DNA from: Naegleria gruberi
Lineage: Eukaryota
Length of the DNA stretch: 64,000 nt
Assembly (NCBI GenBank): GCA_000004985.1
Contig: GG738895.1
Reading direction: 5' to 3' (one strand)
Shown here: in pieces, positions 44,095 to 54,915 of the stretch
Numbering within the stretch: position 1 is the first letter of the stretch
How the letters are laid out: every line of letters starts with the position of its first letter
The notes under the pieces: generated by a model
Told to the model about the DNA's origin: nothing
The model's input: only the letters and a program-made list of their open reading frames with translations
The model's database searches: none
Program-made: the position numbers and the translations under genes

Positions 44095-46374
44095 TTATTG
44101 ATAGGTTCTTAATAATTCTTCCCACATTGATAAGAGTGCATCAATTTTCATTGTTCCAACTAGAGTACCATCTCTCTTTCTGACACTCACTGTCTTTTCT
44201 TGCATTTCCTTTTCTCCCAAAACCAAGATAAAGTTATATTGAAGAACTTGGGCATCTCTAATCTTTTTCTTCATTGTCTTATCAGAAAGATCAACATCAA
44301 TGAAATAGTTGGAGAAAACTCCTCTCTCTTCAGCAGTCTTGAAAATTTGATCCTTAACCTCTTTACAGTAATCAACAAGGGAAGCATTTTCAGCTGAGAC
44401 TGGACAAATAAAACATTGACGAGGATTAAGCCAGAATGGCCATCTTCCTGATAAATGTTCAGTCAAGAGAGCAATAAATCTTTCAATACTTCCCAAAATA
44501 GCTCTGTGAATAATGACTGGTGTAATGAGTTGGTCATTTTGACTTTGATACTTGAGATTAAATCTACGAGGAAGTTGGAAATCTAATTGAATAGTAGCAC
44601 ATTGATGGAATCTTTGTAAGCTGTCTTCAATTTGAATATCAATCTTTGGACCGTAGAAAGCACCATCACCTTCGTTGAGTTTCCAATTGTATCCATCCAA
44701 GCATTCCTTAAGAGATTGTTCAGCTTTATCCCACATTTCAATATCACCAACAAACTTTTCTGGTCTTGTTGATAAATTGAATCTCAAATTAAATCCAAAT
44801 ATTTCACTATAAACAAATTTAACAAATTGTAAACAATTTTCAATTTCACTCTTAACTTGGTCATGAGTACAGAAAATGTGAGAATCATCTTGATGGAATC
44901 TTCTGACACGAGTGAGACCTGTCAAGGAACCACGTGGTTCATTTCTATGGAGTGGACTGAAATCAGCCAATCTTACAGGTAATTCTCTATATGATCTAAT
45001 CTTACTATCAAACATGAGACAGTGGGCTGGACAATTCATTGGTTTGATTCCAATAGTTTCTTCCTTGTGTTGAGTTCCTTCAATTACAGTGAACATATCG
45101 TCCTTGTAATGTTGCCAATGGCCAGACGTTTCCCATAATTCTTTTTGGAACATTTGTGGAGTAATAACTTCATCATAACCTCTCTTTCTATATTCTTTTC
45201 TGATAAATTCAACCAATTTGTTAAACAGTCTAGTACCATGAGGTAAGAAGAATGGTGTTCCAGGACTGTATTCATGGAAGAAGAATAAATCTTGCTTTTT
45301 AGCAATAAGTCTGTGATCCCTCTTGAGAGCTTCTTCAATAAGTGTTTGCCAATCCTCCAACTGTTTAGCTTTAGGGAAAGAAATACCATAAACACGTTGT
45401 AAAAGTGGAGATTTTTCATCACCCTTCCAATAGGCTCCACTCAATTTTGTAAGTTTTACAGCTTTGATCATTGAAGTATTTGGAATATGAGGACCTCTAC
45501 ATAAATCTACAAGATTACCACATTTATACATGGTAATTGGTTCACCAGATGGAATTTTCTCTATTATATCCAATTTAAATTGATTATATTTGAAAATTTC
45601 TCTTGCCAATTCCTTTGTAATGTGAATTTTTTGGAATGAATGTTTTTCTTTCACAACTTGTTGCATGAATTTTTCTAATTCTTCCAATTGTTCAGTTGTA
45701 ATTCTTTCATTATTTTCAAGGAAACCCTCATAAAAGAAACCACCATTTAAAACTTGAGAAGCTTCTTTTGAAACCAAAGGTGGACCATCACATAATTTAA
45801 GTGATGAACCAAACTTTTGTTCCAAAGCACAACCAAGAATGTGAGCTGTTGAATGCCAAAATACTTCCTTTCCTTCAACACTTTCAAATGTAAAGAATTC
45901 AATATTATTATTATTTGATTCTTGATTATTCAAAATTTCAGAAAATGTATCATTCATATCAGTGAGCTTTCCATTAATTTTACAAACTAAAAACTCGCTT
46001 ACTTCATTCTTATAAAAGACTTCATTAGCTAATTGAAGTGGTGTCTTTTTCAAGAATTCCGAGTCTACAACAATTGATAAAGGTTTACTCTTTTCTCCAA
46101 ATTTCAATACTAAATTTAAATTGCTAATATTAATATTATTAGGCTTGATATTTTCTTGTTGTTTTAATTCATTCCAATGTTTTGATCGTTCTTCAAAGGC
46201 TTGTTGTTGCTTGTTGGAGAGTGAAAAGTATCTTTGAGTGGAAATTGAATTGGTCATTTTCATCATCTTGATTGCATTACTAACAGAGGCTGTTGTTGTT
46301 GTTGTTGCAGCACTGCTAACAAGAGAATTGGTACAACTCTTCAATACTCTTCTTCTCATCACGGCGTTTAACAT
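44095..46374 (-). CDS. Threonyl-tRNA synthetase (class II) with an N-terminal presequence-like extension, possibly the mitochondrial or a dual-targeted form
   Basis: It has a TGS-like region, the editing-domain motif FWHSTAHILGCA, class II motifs (FFHEYSPGTPFFLPHGTRL, HRNEPRGSLTGLTRVRRFHQDDSHIF, GPKIDIQ) and a C-terminal anticodon-binding domain. It is a single exon. Confidence 0.95.
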   Translation of the reverse strand: MLNAVMRRRVLKSCTNSLVSSAATTTTTASVSNAIKMMKMTNSISTQRYFSLSNKQQQAFEERSKHWNELKQQENIKPNNINISNLNLVLKFGEKSKPLSIVVDSEFLKKTPLQLANEVFYKNEVSEFLVCKINGKLTDMNDTFSEILNNQESNNNNIEFFTFESVEGKEVFWHSTAHILGCALEQKFGSSLKLCDGPPLVSKEASQVLNGGFFYEGFLENNERITTEQLEELEKFMQQVVKEKHSFQKIHITKELAREIFKYNQFKLDIIEKIPSGEPITMYKCGNLVDLCRGPHIPNTSMIKAVKLTKLSGAYWKGDEKSPLLQRVYGISFPKAKQLEDWQTLIEEALKRDHRLIAKKQDLFFFHEYSPGTPFFLPHGTRLFNKLVEFIRKEYRKRGYDEVITPQMFQKELWETSGHWQHYKDDMFTVIEGTQHKEETIGIKPMNCPAHCLMFDSKIRSYRELPVRLADFSPLHRNEPRGSLTGLTRVRRFHQDDSHIFCTHDQVKSEIENCLQFVKFVYSEIFGFNLRFNLSTRPEKFVGDIEMWDKAEQSLKECLDGYNWKLNEGDGAFYGPKIDIQIEDSLQRFHQCATIQLDFQLPRRFNLKYQSQNDQLITPVIIHRAILGSIERFIALLTEHLSGRWPFWLNPRQCFICPVSAENASLVDYCKEVKDQIFKTAEERGVFSNYFIDVDLSDKTMKKKIRDAQVLQYNFILVLGEKEMQEKTVSVRKRDGTLVGTMKIDALLSMWEELLRTYQ

Positions 46375-46579
46375 TTTTTTTAATAATTATAATTATTAAA
46401 TTCATGTGATGGTGATAATAATAATCGGACCTATTAAATCCATTTCCAACCATCCTATTAAACTGTATATTACTGAAATTTTTAATAGTATTCAATTGAT
46501 ATTCATCAAAACGTGTCCTCCTAACATGACCTCATATACATCATCATCATCATCGAATTTAAAATTAAATTAAAAAAAA

Positions 46580-46915
46580 ATGGCACTGTGGACTTTAATT
46601 AAAATCATTGTCTTGTTGGTGAATGCTGTGGCAATTTTGAATGAAGAACGATTTTTGAGAAGGAGTATGTGTTTATAGTAGTGTATACATAGTACTAATA
46701 TAAAATTGATCAATTGTTCAAAAATTAGTCGGATTTGGATACAGACCAGAAGTAGTGGCGGAAGAAAGTATAAAGGCTAGAATTATTAATTTATTACATG
46801 CTGTTAGGACACTGCTGAGAAGTAAGTCTATTTATATTAATTGGATCTTATCAGAATAGTTCCTCTGATATTTATTAATGCTTTTGTTATTCTGATTTCA
46901 ATGATTGTTGGATAA
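46580..46915 (+). CDS. IER3IP1: IER3IP1/Yos1-family small ER membrane protein (77 aa); three exons, absent from the ORF track
   Basis: Exons are 46580-46664, 46729-46821 and 46860-46915, with introns of 64 and 38 nt. The protein MALWTLIKIIVLLVNAVAILNEERFLRRIGFGYRPEVVAEESIKARIINLLHAVRTLLRIPLIFINAFVILISMIVG parallels human IER3IP1 (LLCVNAIAVLHEERFLKNIGWG...NLIRSVRTVMRVPLIIVN...). Confidence 0.65.
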
Positions 46916-47050
46916 ATATATTTTGGAAATGTAAATTATTAAACAAATATTTTGTATAATCGATCGAGTTTTATATTATTGATTCATAAATTAATGGATT
47001 TGGAATGTAAATTATTTTGACAATTTTTCAATGTTTGGAAATATTCTTTT

Positions 47051-48443
47051 TTAATTAAAGAATGGATACTTTTTTTTGTGGATGATATTATAAATATAAT
47101 CTCTATCTAATTCTTTATAGTCATCAATGTAGCTTTCTAAATTTTCCCTTGCTTGTTCAAATTCCCCATCTGCTAGACCTTCGAGGACATATTTTTGAAT
47201 ATAAGTATATTTCTCTAAATGGTATAAAGTTAATTATTTTGGATATTCAAACTTACTGAAATTGGTGTCAAACAATTTCAAATACTGTTCAAGATTATTC
47301 CTAACACCAGTGGAATTATTTGCTATATGAACAATATTATTGGAATTAAATAATTTACAAGCATTTCCAATATTTCTTTGAGAATTGAATACGTTTTGGT
47401 AAATTAACTTTCTATGATTCAAATAATTAGCAATACTATCCTTATTAATATTGTAAAAATCAGTTCCTCTCATTGATATACATGTTGAAATGGATTTTGC
47501 ATTATCAATTCCATCGATTGTCAATGAATATTGATTGGAAAATAACTCTTTACAATCCAAATTGTTTCTTATACTCATTAAACTATTAGAAATAATATTC
47601 ATTGATGGGTAGGGAACTAGTTTTGATGAAATTTGTGAAAAACTTTCATTTGAAAATAGACATGGTTCTAAAAATGTTGAAATCATTTGTGAAATTACTT
47701 GATTAATAGTATTATACTCAATATTTTCTATTTTCAATTCATATTTACAATAATCATATATCAAATCATTTCGGATTGAAGATATATTGGACAGATATTC
47801 TCTCATAGTCTCCATTGATAAAACCATATTATACAATTCAAAAGTTGTGGAACTAGCCATTTCACTTAAACTTGGAAACACACTAAATGATGACTAATTT
47901 AAAATACTCACACAATATGTGCTGCTATTCGAAACTTACTATTGTAACTCCTTTTAACCATGACTTGGATCTCAATTGTTCCAATATTCTACAAATCATT
48001 CCACTACCTGTTCCTCCTCCAATGGAATGAGTGAAAATAATTCCATCCAAATGATCACAATTTTCAACCATTTTACGAATTCTCTCTTCAATATAATTAA
48101 TATAATTATTTCCAAAAGAAAATTGAGATCTTAAAGAGGTAATTGAAGATTCATAATCATTAATTATATTTTCTTGTTTACAACAATATTTTAACTTATT
48201 TTCACAATGCGTTAATCGAATTTGTTGTGTAAAAGTGTTATGATCAATAATATTAGAATCGGAATCAATGAATAAACTTCGGGATGTGAATGTATTTTCC
48301 TTTCTAATACTTTCTTCAAATAATTGATAAGTATTAGATTTAAATTCTGTGTTACAAAATAAATCCCATATGGATTTTCCTATCTGACATCCACATTCTC
48401 CTAAGTGAATGAAAATTAATTCACCACTGTTGTTATTTGACAT
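47051..48443 (-). CDS. Highly divergent tubulin-superfamily protein (delta/epsilon/zeta-like), ~435 aa; three exons
   Basis: Exons are 47940-48443, 47257-47893 and 47051-47214, with introns of 46 and 42 nt. The N-terminus ELIFIHLGECGCQIGKSIWDL matches tubulin REI..IQ.GQCGNQIG..FW, the glycine loop HSIGGGTGSGM is present, and the C-terminal helix KYVLEGLADGEFEQARENLESYIDDYKEL matches tubulin HWY.GEGMEE.EF.EARE.L..L..DY. Confidence 0.7.
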
Positions 48444-48529
48444 TTTTTCAATTTTTTATTATGATAATTTATTTAAACATTCAATTTTTGGAACTAGTTC
48501 AGAAATTCTATGAGATTTGAAAGAGTATT

Positions 48530-50602
48530 TTAAGGTTTCCAATAACTTGACATCCATCGAGACCAATAGGACCAAATAGTTTCCTTCTTACCGTATAAAA
48601 CTTTCATGGAATTTTCATCAGAAACTGTAAATGGAATACCTAATAATTTTGCATATTTCAATTTCATTTCGTATCTTTTAACATTTAAGGAATCTTCTTC
48701 AAGGAGAAAGCAACAATCATCATAGATCATTTTTAACTGTTCCTGATCAGTTATGTTCAATTGGTTGGCTATCATTACTCTACGCTCTTTCAATTGAAAA
48801 TATAAACTAAGCATACTTTTTGAATACCTTTGATCAGTTTTTTCAAGTTCTTCTAAATTGTTCAACATTGAAGTTGCTTCTTTAAATTTACTCTCCAAAT
48901 CATCATGTTTTTTGTTGAAATGAAAAGAATTAAGTGCCTGAGCTTCCAAAGAGAGAATTTTTCTTGTTTTCTTGTCATTTAAAGTTTGTTTCGAAATATC
49001 CTTATCCACTCTAAGTTGTAAGGCTTCTGAAAAGAGTTTTTCTGAGAATTGAGGATTATCTTTCAATACAAATTGACCAAATTTCAATAGTGATTCAACA
49101 TTGTCTGGTCTATAACATGAATATTTTGAAAAGTAGGAAAACGCATTGTCCTTATCTCCCAAATGTTGATAAATGAGGCAGAGTTGATGATATACTTGAT
49201 CAATATTCCAAAATCCTAACCTCTCACATTCTTTGAAATCATTGATTGATTCATCAGTCATGCCTAATTTGAGATATATGCACCCTCTTCTATAATAGGC
49301 ACAAGAGTATTTAGGATCTAAATTAATGCACGTTGTTATTACTTTTTCTGCCTTTTGTAATAGATTTTTTCTCAGTTCCTCATAATTGTCCTCTTTAGAA
49401 TCAATTTTTCGACTTTGGTCAAAATAACATTTTGCCAATTTTTCATATGATAATTGGAAGTAAGGAAATATTTCAATAGATTTCTCAAAGAAAATGATTG
49501 CCTTTTTAAATTGCCTATTTTTCTGATAGTAACATCCTTGAATAACACACTTAATTAGAGATGAATCATCAAGTTGACTAATAGAGTCTAGAAATTCATT
49601 CTCTGTTTTGTTGGCATGAGGACTAGCTAATATGTCAACTTTAGTATCAGAAGATCGATCACTTAAACCTAAAACATATGCGAAGAATGAAACTGCTTCA
49701 CTCATTGTTGCTGCTGTAATTCTTTCATGCTCTTCAATCTTAATACATGATAGAATCAATAATTGTAACCCTGAAGATTCCAATCTTTGCTTAATTTCTT
49801 CTTTACCGTTTTGAAGTATGTGATTATCAATATCTTGTTGGTTTTTAAATTCTGATTTCTTGTTAAAACAAGTTTCAGTATCTTTGGTAATTAATCTGTA
49901 CAATGTTACCCCAAAACACCACACATCCCCGCTAGAACCAACCTCATATGCTTCCTTTCCATTTTTCATATGTAATGGTGGCCTATGTGCTGGTTTACCA
50001 ACACGCATACTACTCTCAATTGTTCGATAACTAAGGTCCTGGTCCATTTGAATGCTAAACTCAAAGTCACCCAATCTAACTTTAATGATACCAGTAGTTC
50101 TATTAAAAGACTCAATGAATATATTATCCTCTGAGATATCTCTGTGAATAATTTTACCTTCTGCTGAGTGAATAGAAACAAGTGCTCTTGATATTTGGAA
50201 AGCAATTAAAATACAAGTTTCTCTACTGAGATCTTCTGTTAAAAGTTTATCCAAACTACCTCCCTCATAAAATTTCATTAATGTGTAACAATAATAAACA
50301 CCTTTAAAGAATTCAAACATTTCACATGAATACTCTTTGGATTGAGAATTGTAAAAAGCACTCTTTTCTCTTTCAACAATTTCATTTTCCGAACCGTAAT
50401 CTTCTCCAGGTTCATTCTCATAATTGACAATTTTAACAACAGCCCTTATTTCTGGGGATTGTCCTTTTACCATTTTGCATTGTAACAAGTTGCATTTGTC
50501 TCTTTGTTCCATGAATGAATAATCCATCAACTTGATATCTCTAAGAGAGAGGTACTCTTCAAATTCAGCAAGACGCCATTTTGATCTTTGGTAGTTTGAC
50601 AT
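48530..50602 (-). CDS. Kinase-like (probable pseudokinase) domain fused to C-terminal TPR repeats
   Basis: The catalytic loop is IHRDISEDNIF rather than HRDLKPEN, the DFG triplet reads DFE, no glycine-rich loop is visible, the VAIK-like lysine is retained (AVVKIV), and the activation segment ends SSGDVWCFGVTLY. The C-terminal half is TPR-like (YYRRGCIYLKLGMTDESINDFKE...). Confidence 0.7.
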   Translation of the reverse strand: MSNYQRSKWRLAEFEEYLSLRDIKLMDYSFMEQRDKCNLLQCKMVKGQSPEIRAVVKIVNYENEPGEDYGSENEIVEREKSAFYNSQSKEYSCEMFEFFKGVYYCYTLMKFYEGGSLDKLLTEDLSRETCILIAFQISRALVSIHSAEGKIIHRDISEDNIFIESFNRTTGIIKVRLGDFEFSIQMDQDLSYRTIESSMRVGKPAHRPPLHMKNGKEAYEVGSSGDVWCFGVTLYRLITKDTETCFNKKSEFKNQQDIDNHILQNGKEEIKQRLESSGLQLLILSCIKIEEHERITAATMSEAVSFFAYVLGLSDRSSDTKVDILASPHANKTENEFLDSISQLDDSSLIKCVIQGCYYQKNRQFKKAIIFFEKSIEIFPYFQLSYEKLAKCYFDQSRKIDSKEDNYEELRKNLLQKAEKVITTCINLDPKYSCAYYRRGCIYLKLGMTDESINDFKECERLGFWNIDQVYHQLCLIYQHLGDKDNAFSYFSKYSCYRPDNVESLLKFGQFVLKDNPQFSEKLFSEALQLRVDKDISKQTLNDKKTRKILSLEAQALNSFHFNKKHDDLESKFKEATSMLNNLEELEKTDQRYSKSMLSLYFQLKERRVMIANQLNITDQEQLKMIYDDCCFLLEEDSLNVKRYEMKLKYAKLLGIPFTVSDENSMKVLYGKKETIWSYWSRWMSSYWKP

Positions 50603-50748
50603 TGTTTTTTTTTGTAAAACTTATTGAAGAAAATAACGTTTATTTTAGCAGCAACACACGCTTTCCTTTTCGCGAAACGTGACATCACGTTTGGTCTTTA
50701 TCCAGAATATTATTGCCTGTATTTTACTTGCTGTAAACTTCAACATAT

Positions 50749-53058
50749 TCAGTAGTCATCATCAAAAAAGTCAAATGTTTTCTCTTTTGTTGTGTTTTCT
50801 GTGAATAGGTCATCAGCAAAATCAATAGATAATAGGGGTTGAGACATTGGTTCGATAACAATTGGCTTTGGTTTTGGTTTTCTGGCACTTTCCTCTGCAT
50901 CTGTTCCATTTTCTATTCTTGTTTGCCATTCATCAATCTCAGTATCCAATTCTTGCAATACTTTGGCATATCTGTCTTCCAACTCTTTCAATCTTTGTTC
51001 TCTTTCTTGTCTCTTATTGGCATTCTTTTGAGATTCCTTCTCCAACTGGTACAATGTACAATAATATTAAATAATATTATATTATTAACCTACCTCTTGT
51101 TGGTAATGAGCTGACATTTCTTCATAGAATTTTTCAAGTTGTTCGTTCATTTCTTCTTGCAGTCTTTCATATTCCTTTTCAAAGTCAAACCCTAAATCAA
51201 TCTTTGCATCTTTTCCAACTAGCTTTTGGATCTTTTTCCAATTCAGTGAGCAATTAGTTCTATAGAAACAAAACTTACCATAATTTGCTTTTCACTGAGA
51301 ATGGAATTTTGTCTTCTTTCTTGATCTCTCAATAAATCTAATTGTTCTTGTAGCAAGGAAAGTGATGACTTTTTCTTTTCTAGCTCTTCTTTCTTCTCGT
51401 CTCTTTGGGTTTCATGTGACTTTAAATCCAACAAACTCTTACTCAAATCCAGTTCAACCTTTTCCAAGTTCTTCATCTCATCTTGCTCTCTTTGTTCCAA
51501 TTCTTGAAGCTTCTTTGTGAGATTACTCATTTCTTCATTCTTGAGCTCTAGTTGGTATCTTAGTTCTGATAATGCAAAAGTATTTTGCTCACTTTTTTGG
51601 TTGCTATTGGTGACAATCTTGAAAATCTCATTATTGACATTCTGCAATGAAATGCTCTTTTCTTCAATTTCTTGCTTTAAAGAGGTGGCTTGTTCCTTCA
51701 AGTCTTTGATGGTAGTATCTGATGCTGAAAATTCTTCCCTCTTAGCCTCAATACTTGATTCAACAGTGGTCAACTCCTCTTCGCAAGACTTGAATTTAGT
51801 TTCAATTTCACTCAAGTTGTTGTCAATTTCCTTTTTCTTTTTTTCAAGTTGCTCACATTTAAACTTGAGATCGTTCAAACACTTTTGCTTTAATTGCTTT
51901 TTCTGAGCAAGGTATGATATCTTTGAAGTGTCAATACCTTCGAATTGAAGTCCATTCTTTTTCATAATTGTTTCAAACTTGTCCTTAAACTTCATTTCAT
52001 CCCTTGAGGATCTATACTCTAACATGGATGTCTCTAAATCAGCCTTTGTTGATTGATATTATGTATATATGGATTAAACAATAACACTTACCATAATATC
52101 ATTCAATTTCTTGAATTCACCTTGATTCTTGATGAGTTCTTCCTCTTTATCTTTAATTTGAGTCTCAATTTGTTGGTTTTCTCTCATCAACTCCTCTTGT
52201 TGCTTTCTAATTGTTGCAATTTGCTTTGAAACTTGATTGGAAATCATTAAGATTTCATTAATTTCACTCTGCTTCTTTGTAATAATCTCCATGACCTCTT
52301 GCATCTTGACATTAACTCCATTGATTTGTTCTTGTTTCAACTTGAGTTCTGATTCAACTTCATTCTTTCTTTTCTCTCTTTCCTCTCTTTGTTGGTTGAC
52401 TATTATGATATAATTAAAATAATCAATAGGTTAGACTTACCTCTTGTCAAATGATCTTCTTGATTTCTATTCTCTTCTTCAATATTTTGTAAAGTGTCCA
52501 TGTAGATTTCATAACATCTTTGATCGTGAGAAATCTTCTCTCTAAGATTAGCAATAACTTCCTTTGCATGCTTGTTTCTTTCAGATAACTCATTAAGATC
52601 TGTTACTAGCCCTTCCATTTTCTTCTCCACTTGTTGATGTCTTTCCTTTAATCTTTCAAGTCTTCCTTCCTCTGATTGACTGATAGCCTCAAGTCTAATT
52701 TTCGTCTTGGATAGATCGGCAACAAGTTCCTCAACCATTGTTAAACTCTCCTCAGTTTTGTGAAGGATTTTAGTCTAAAGATGACGAGTGAATGTTATTG
52801 GTAATAATAATAAATGTGTGTTGGGTGTTCAGAAGAAAGGCTTTGTAGTATTCTTAAACTTACCTTTGATTCAATATTCTGCTTGTTTTGAGAACGAGCA
52901 CTCAATAACTTTTCAACAGAGTTCTTCAAGTTATCAAACTTTGATCTAGCCTTCAAAGCTTCCTTGGTAGAAAACTCTCTAGTTGACCCATTCAAAGCCT
53001 TGTTTTCCAATGAGGCTGCTTGAAATTTAGTCTTGATAGCAAAGCTTTGCTTTTGCAT
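50749..53058 (-). CDS. Coiled-coil protein (~678 aa) of unknown function; six exons
   Basis: Exons are 52864-53058, 52441-52774, 52092-52399, 51279-52043, 51094-51231 and 50749-51045, with introns of 89, 41, 48, 47 and 48 nt, all in phase. Heptad-rich sequence runs throughout, and the C-terminus is acidic (...FDFFDDDY). Confidence 0.65.
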
Positions 53059-53326
53059 CTTGGTTGTTTTTTTTTGAGTTTGTTTTTGTGTTGAGACAAA
53101 TCCCGATTTAGTCAATTATAACAATTTTCCCTCCAAAAAACTTAGCCTTTATTCCAATAGATTATTAAAATTGAATCAATGAAAAATCTCAAGTGAATTC
53201 ATTGTGCTCTTTATAAAGCAAATTTCAATGTAAAACTCTGTCATGTCTTTTCATCATTCAATACTAATAACTATTAAAATATAATAATAATAATAATCAT
53301 TACTATTAATATTACAATCAAAGAAT

Positions 53327-53600
53327 TTAAACACTCTCCGAAGAGTATGTACTTCTATTATTAATAATGTTATTAGAATTATTTGTTGTTGTTGATAGAG
53401 TAGGTGCCATTTCCATTGAATCAACATGTGCTAAATCTGAATTGTTGTTACTTCTTTTCATTCTTCTGAAAAATCCTCTTCTCCACAATAAATATAAACC
53501 GACAATCACCAATAGTGCTATGAAAGTAAATATACCATATCCAATTAAACTCTTATACTTGGTTACTTGAGCAGCAGAGTCTATTATTTGAACATTGGTT
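53327..53600 (-). CDS. Terminal exon of a putative single-pass membrane protein (extracellular stalk, TM helix, basic cytoplasmic tail); the 5' exons are not resolved
   Basis: The open frame reads ...SPASPARIQIPTNVQIIDSAAQVTKYKSLIGYGIFTFIALLVIVGLYLLWRRGFFRRMKRSNNNS...ESV* and is preceded by a candidate acceptor near 53603. The frame stays open for >100 codons upstream with no ATG. Confidence 0.3.
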
Positions 53601-54047
53601 GGTATTTGAATTCTAGCTGGTGATGCCGGTGACCTAATTTTAATATTATTATTATAAATATATTTTAATATTAAATATATTATATCATCAGATAAATGTT
53701 GAAAATTATAATTATGACAGGAAGAAACAATGTACTGTACATACCCTCCTCATCCCATGTTGTTGTTTGATTGTATTTTTTTTTTAAATGGCTTGTTTGA
53801 AGAGTGAAATGTGATGCATTGTAAATGGAATAATATTAAATATTGACATTATTGTAAAATATGTTGTATTTATTAAATATATTGATAAATACTAATTGTT
53901 ATTTTCACTTTGTGATGATTCTGATAATGAACTTTTCTTGTTCTTTGTAACACAATGTTTGAAATGGAAATCAATTTCATAATTGACCAAAATGTAATTT
54001 GAAATTTAATCAAATTCTATTTCTGAAAAACAATTATTTAAAAAAAA

Positions 54048-54815
54048 ATGGGAGTTTTAGGTAAAAGAGTTTATAGAAAATACAAACAAAAATACATTAA
54101 CAAGTATTTTAAATATTCCTATCAATGTGATTTTCCAAATAGAAAACAAATATTTCAAATACAATCACCTTATCTAACATTTAATGAACAATATTCACCA
54201 TCATCTAAATATCCACAACTATTGACACCTGTCACTAAAACAAGTATTTCAAATTTAAAGTTAACATGTATGAAGAAACCACTCATTCAAATACCTACAT
54301 TTAAAAGAATTATCAATAGATCAATGGAATTATCAGCTCCAGATATAATGCCATTAAAAGAAGAATATAATTATAATATTGTAAAGTTGAATATTAGCAC
54401 AATAGATGATCAACAGTGTGCACAAACAGAATTTAATGGATTTCGTTTAACGAGAGATAAATTAACATCACTAACTTGTAGAAAATGGCATTCAATAATA
54501 ACATTTAATAATACATTTAAAAGTATGGATGGATATCATGTTAGAATTTTCATGACATCATGTACAAGAATGAAATTATTACAAATTAAAAAGACATCAT
54601 ATGCTAACAAGTCACAAATTAAAAAGATTAGAACTATAATGTATCAAGTAATATTAAAATATTTAAGTAAAATGACAATATTAGAATTTGTTAATAGAAT
54701 GGCAATTAAATGTGAAATGAGCAGTGAAATTAGAATGAAATGTGAAAATATTTATCCATTAGAGGATGAAATTTTAATTACAAAGATTAAATTATTAGAA
54801 AAACCTCAACTTTAA
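54048..54815 (+). CDS. Highly divergent ribosomal protein eS1 (RPS3A)-like ORF of 255 aa, either a diverged paralogue or a decaying copy
   Basis: The C-terminal two-thirds aligns with eS1: FNGFRLTRDKLTSLTCRKW...DGYHVRIF...LQIKKTSYANKSQIKKIR...CENIYPLEDEILITKIKLLEKPQ versus human FHGMDLTRDKMCSMVKKW...DGYLLRLF...NQIRKTSYAQHQQVRQIR...[22 protein letters not shown]. The N-terminal third is not recognisable, and the region is extremely AT-rich. Confidence 0.6.
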   Translation: MGVLGKRVYRKYKQKYINKYFKYSYQCDFPNRKQIFQIQSPYLTFNEQYSPSSKYPQLLTPVTKTSISNLKLTCMKKPLIQIPTFKRIINRSMELSAPDIMPLKEEYNYNIVKLNISTIDDQQCAQTEFNGFRLTRDKLTSLTCRKWHSIITFNNTFKSMDGYHVRIFMTSCTRMKLLQIKKTSYANKSQIKKIRTIMYQVILKYLSKMTILEFVNRMAIKCEMSSEIRMKCENIYPLEDEILITKIKLLEKPQL

Positions 54816-54915
54816 CAATTTTTCTATTAATATTTATGTAAATATTAAATAAATAGATAAAAATGTAAAAATTAAAAAATCAATTAAATTAAAAAATTAA
54901 ATAAAAAAATAAAAT

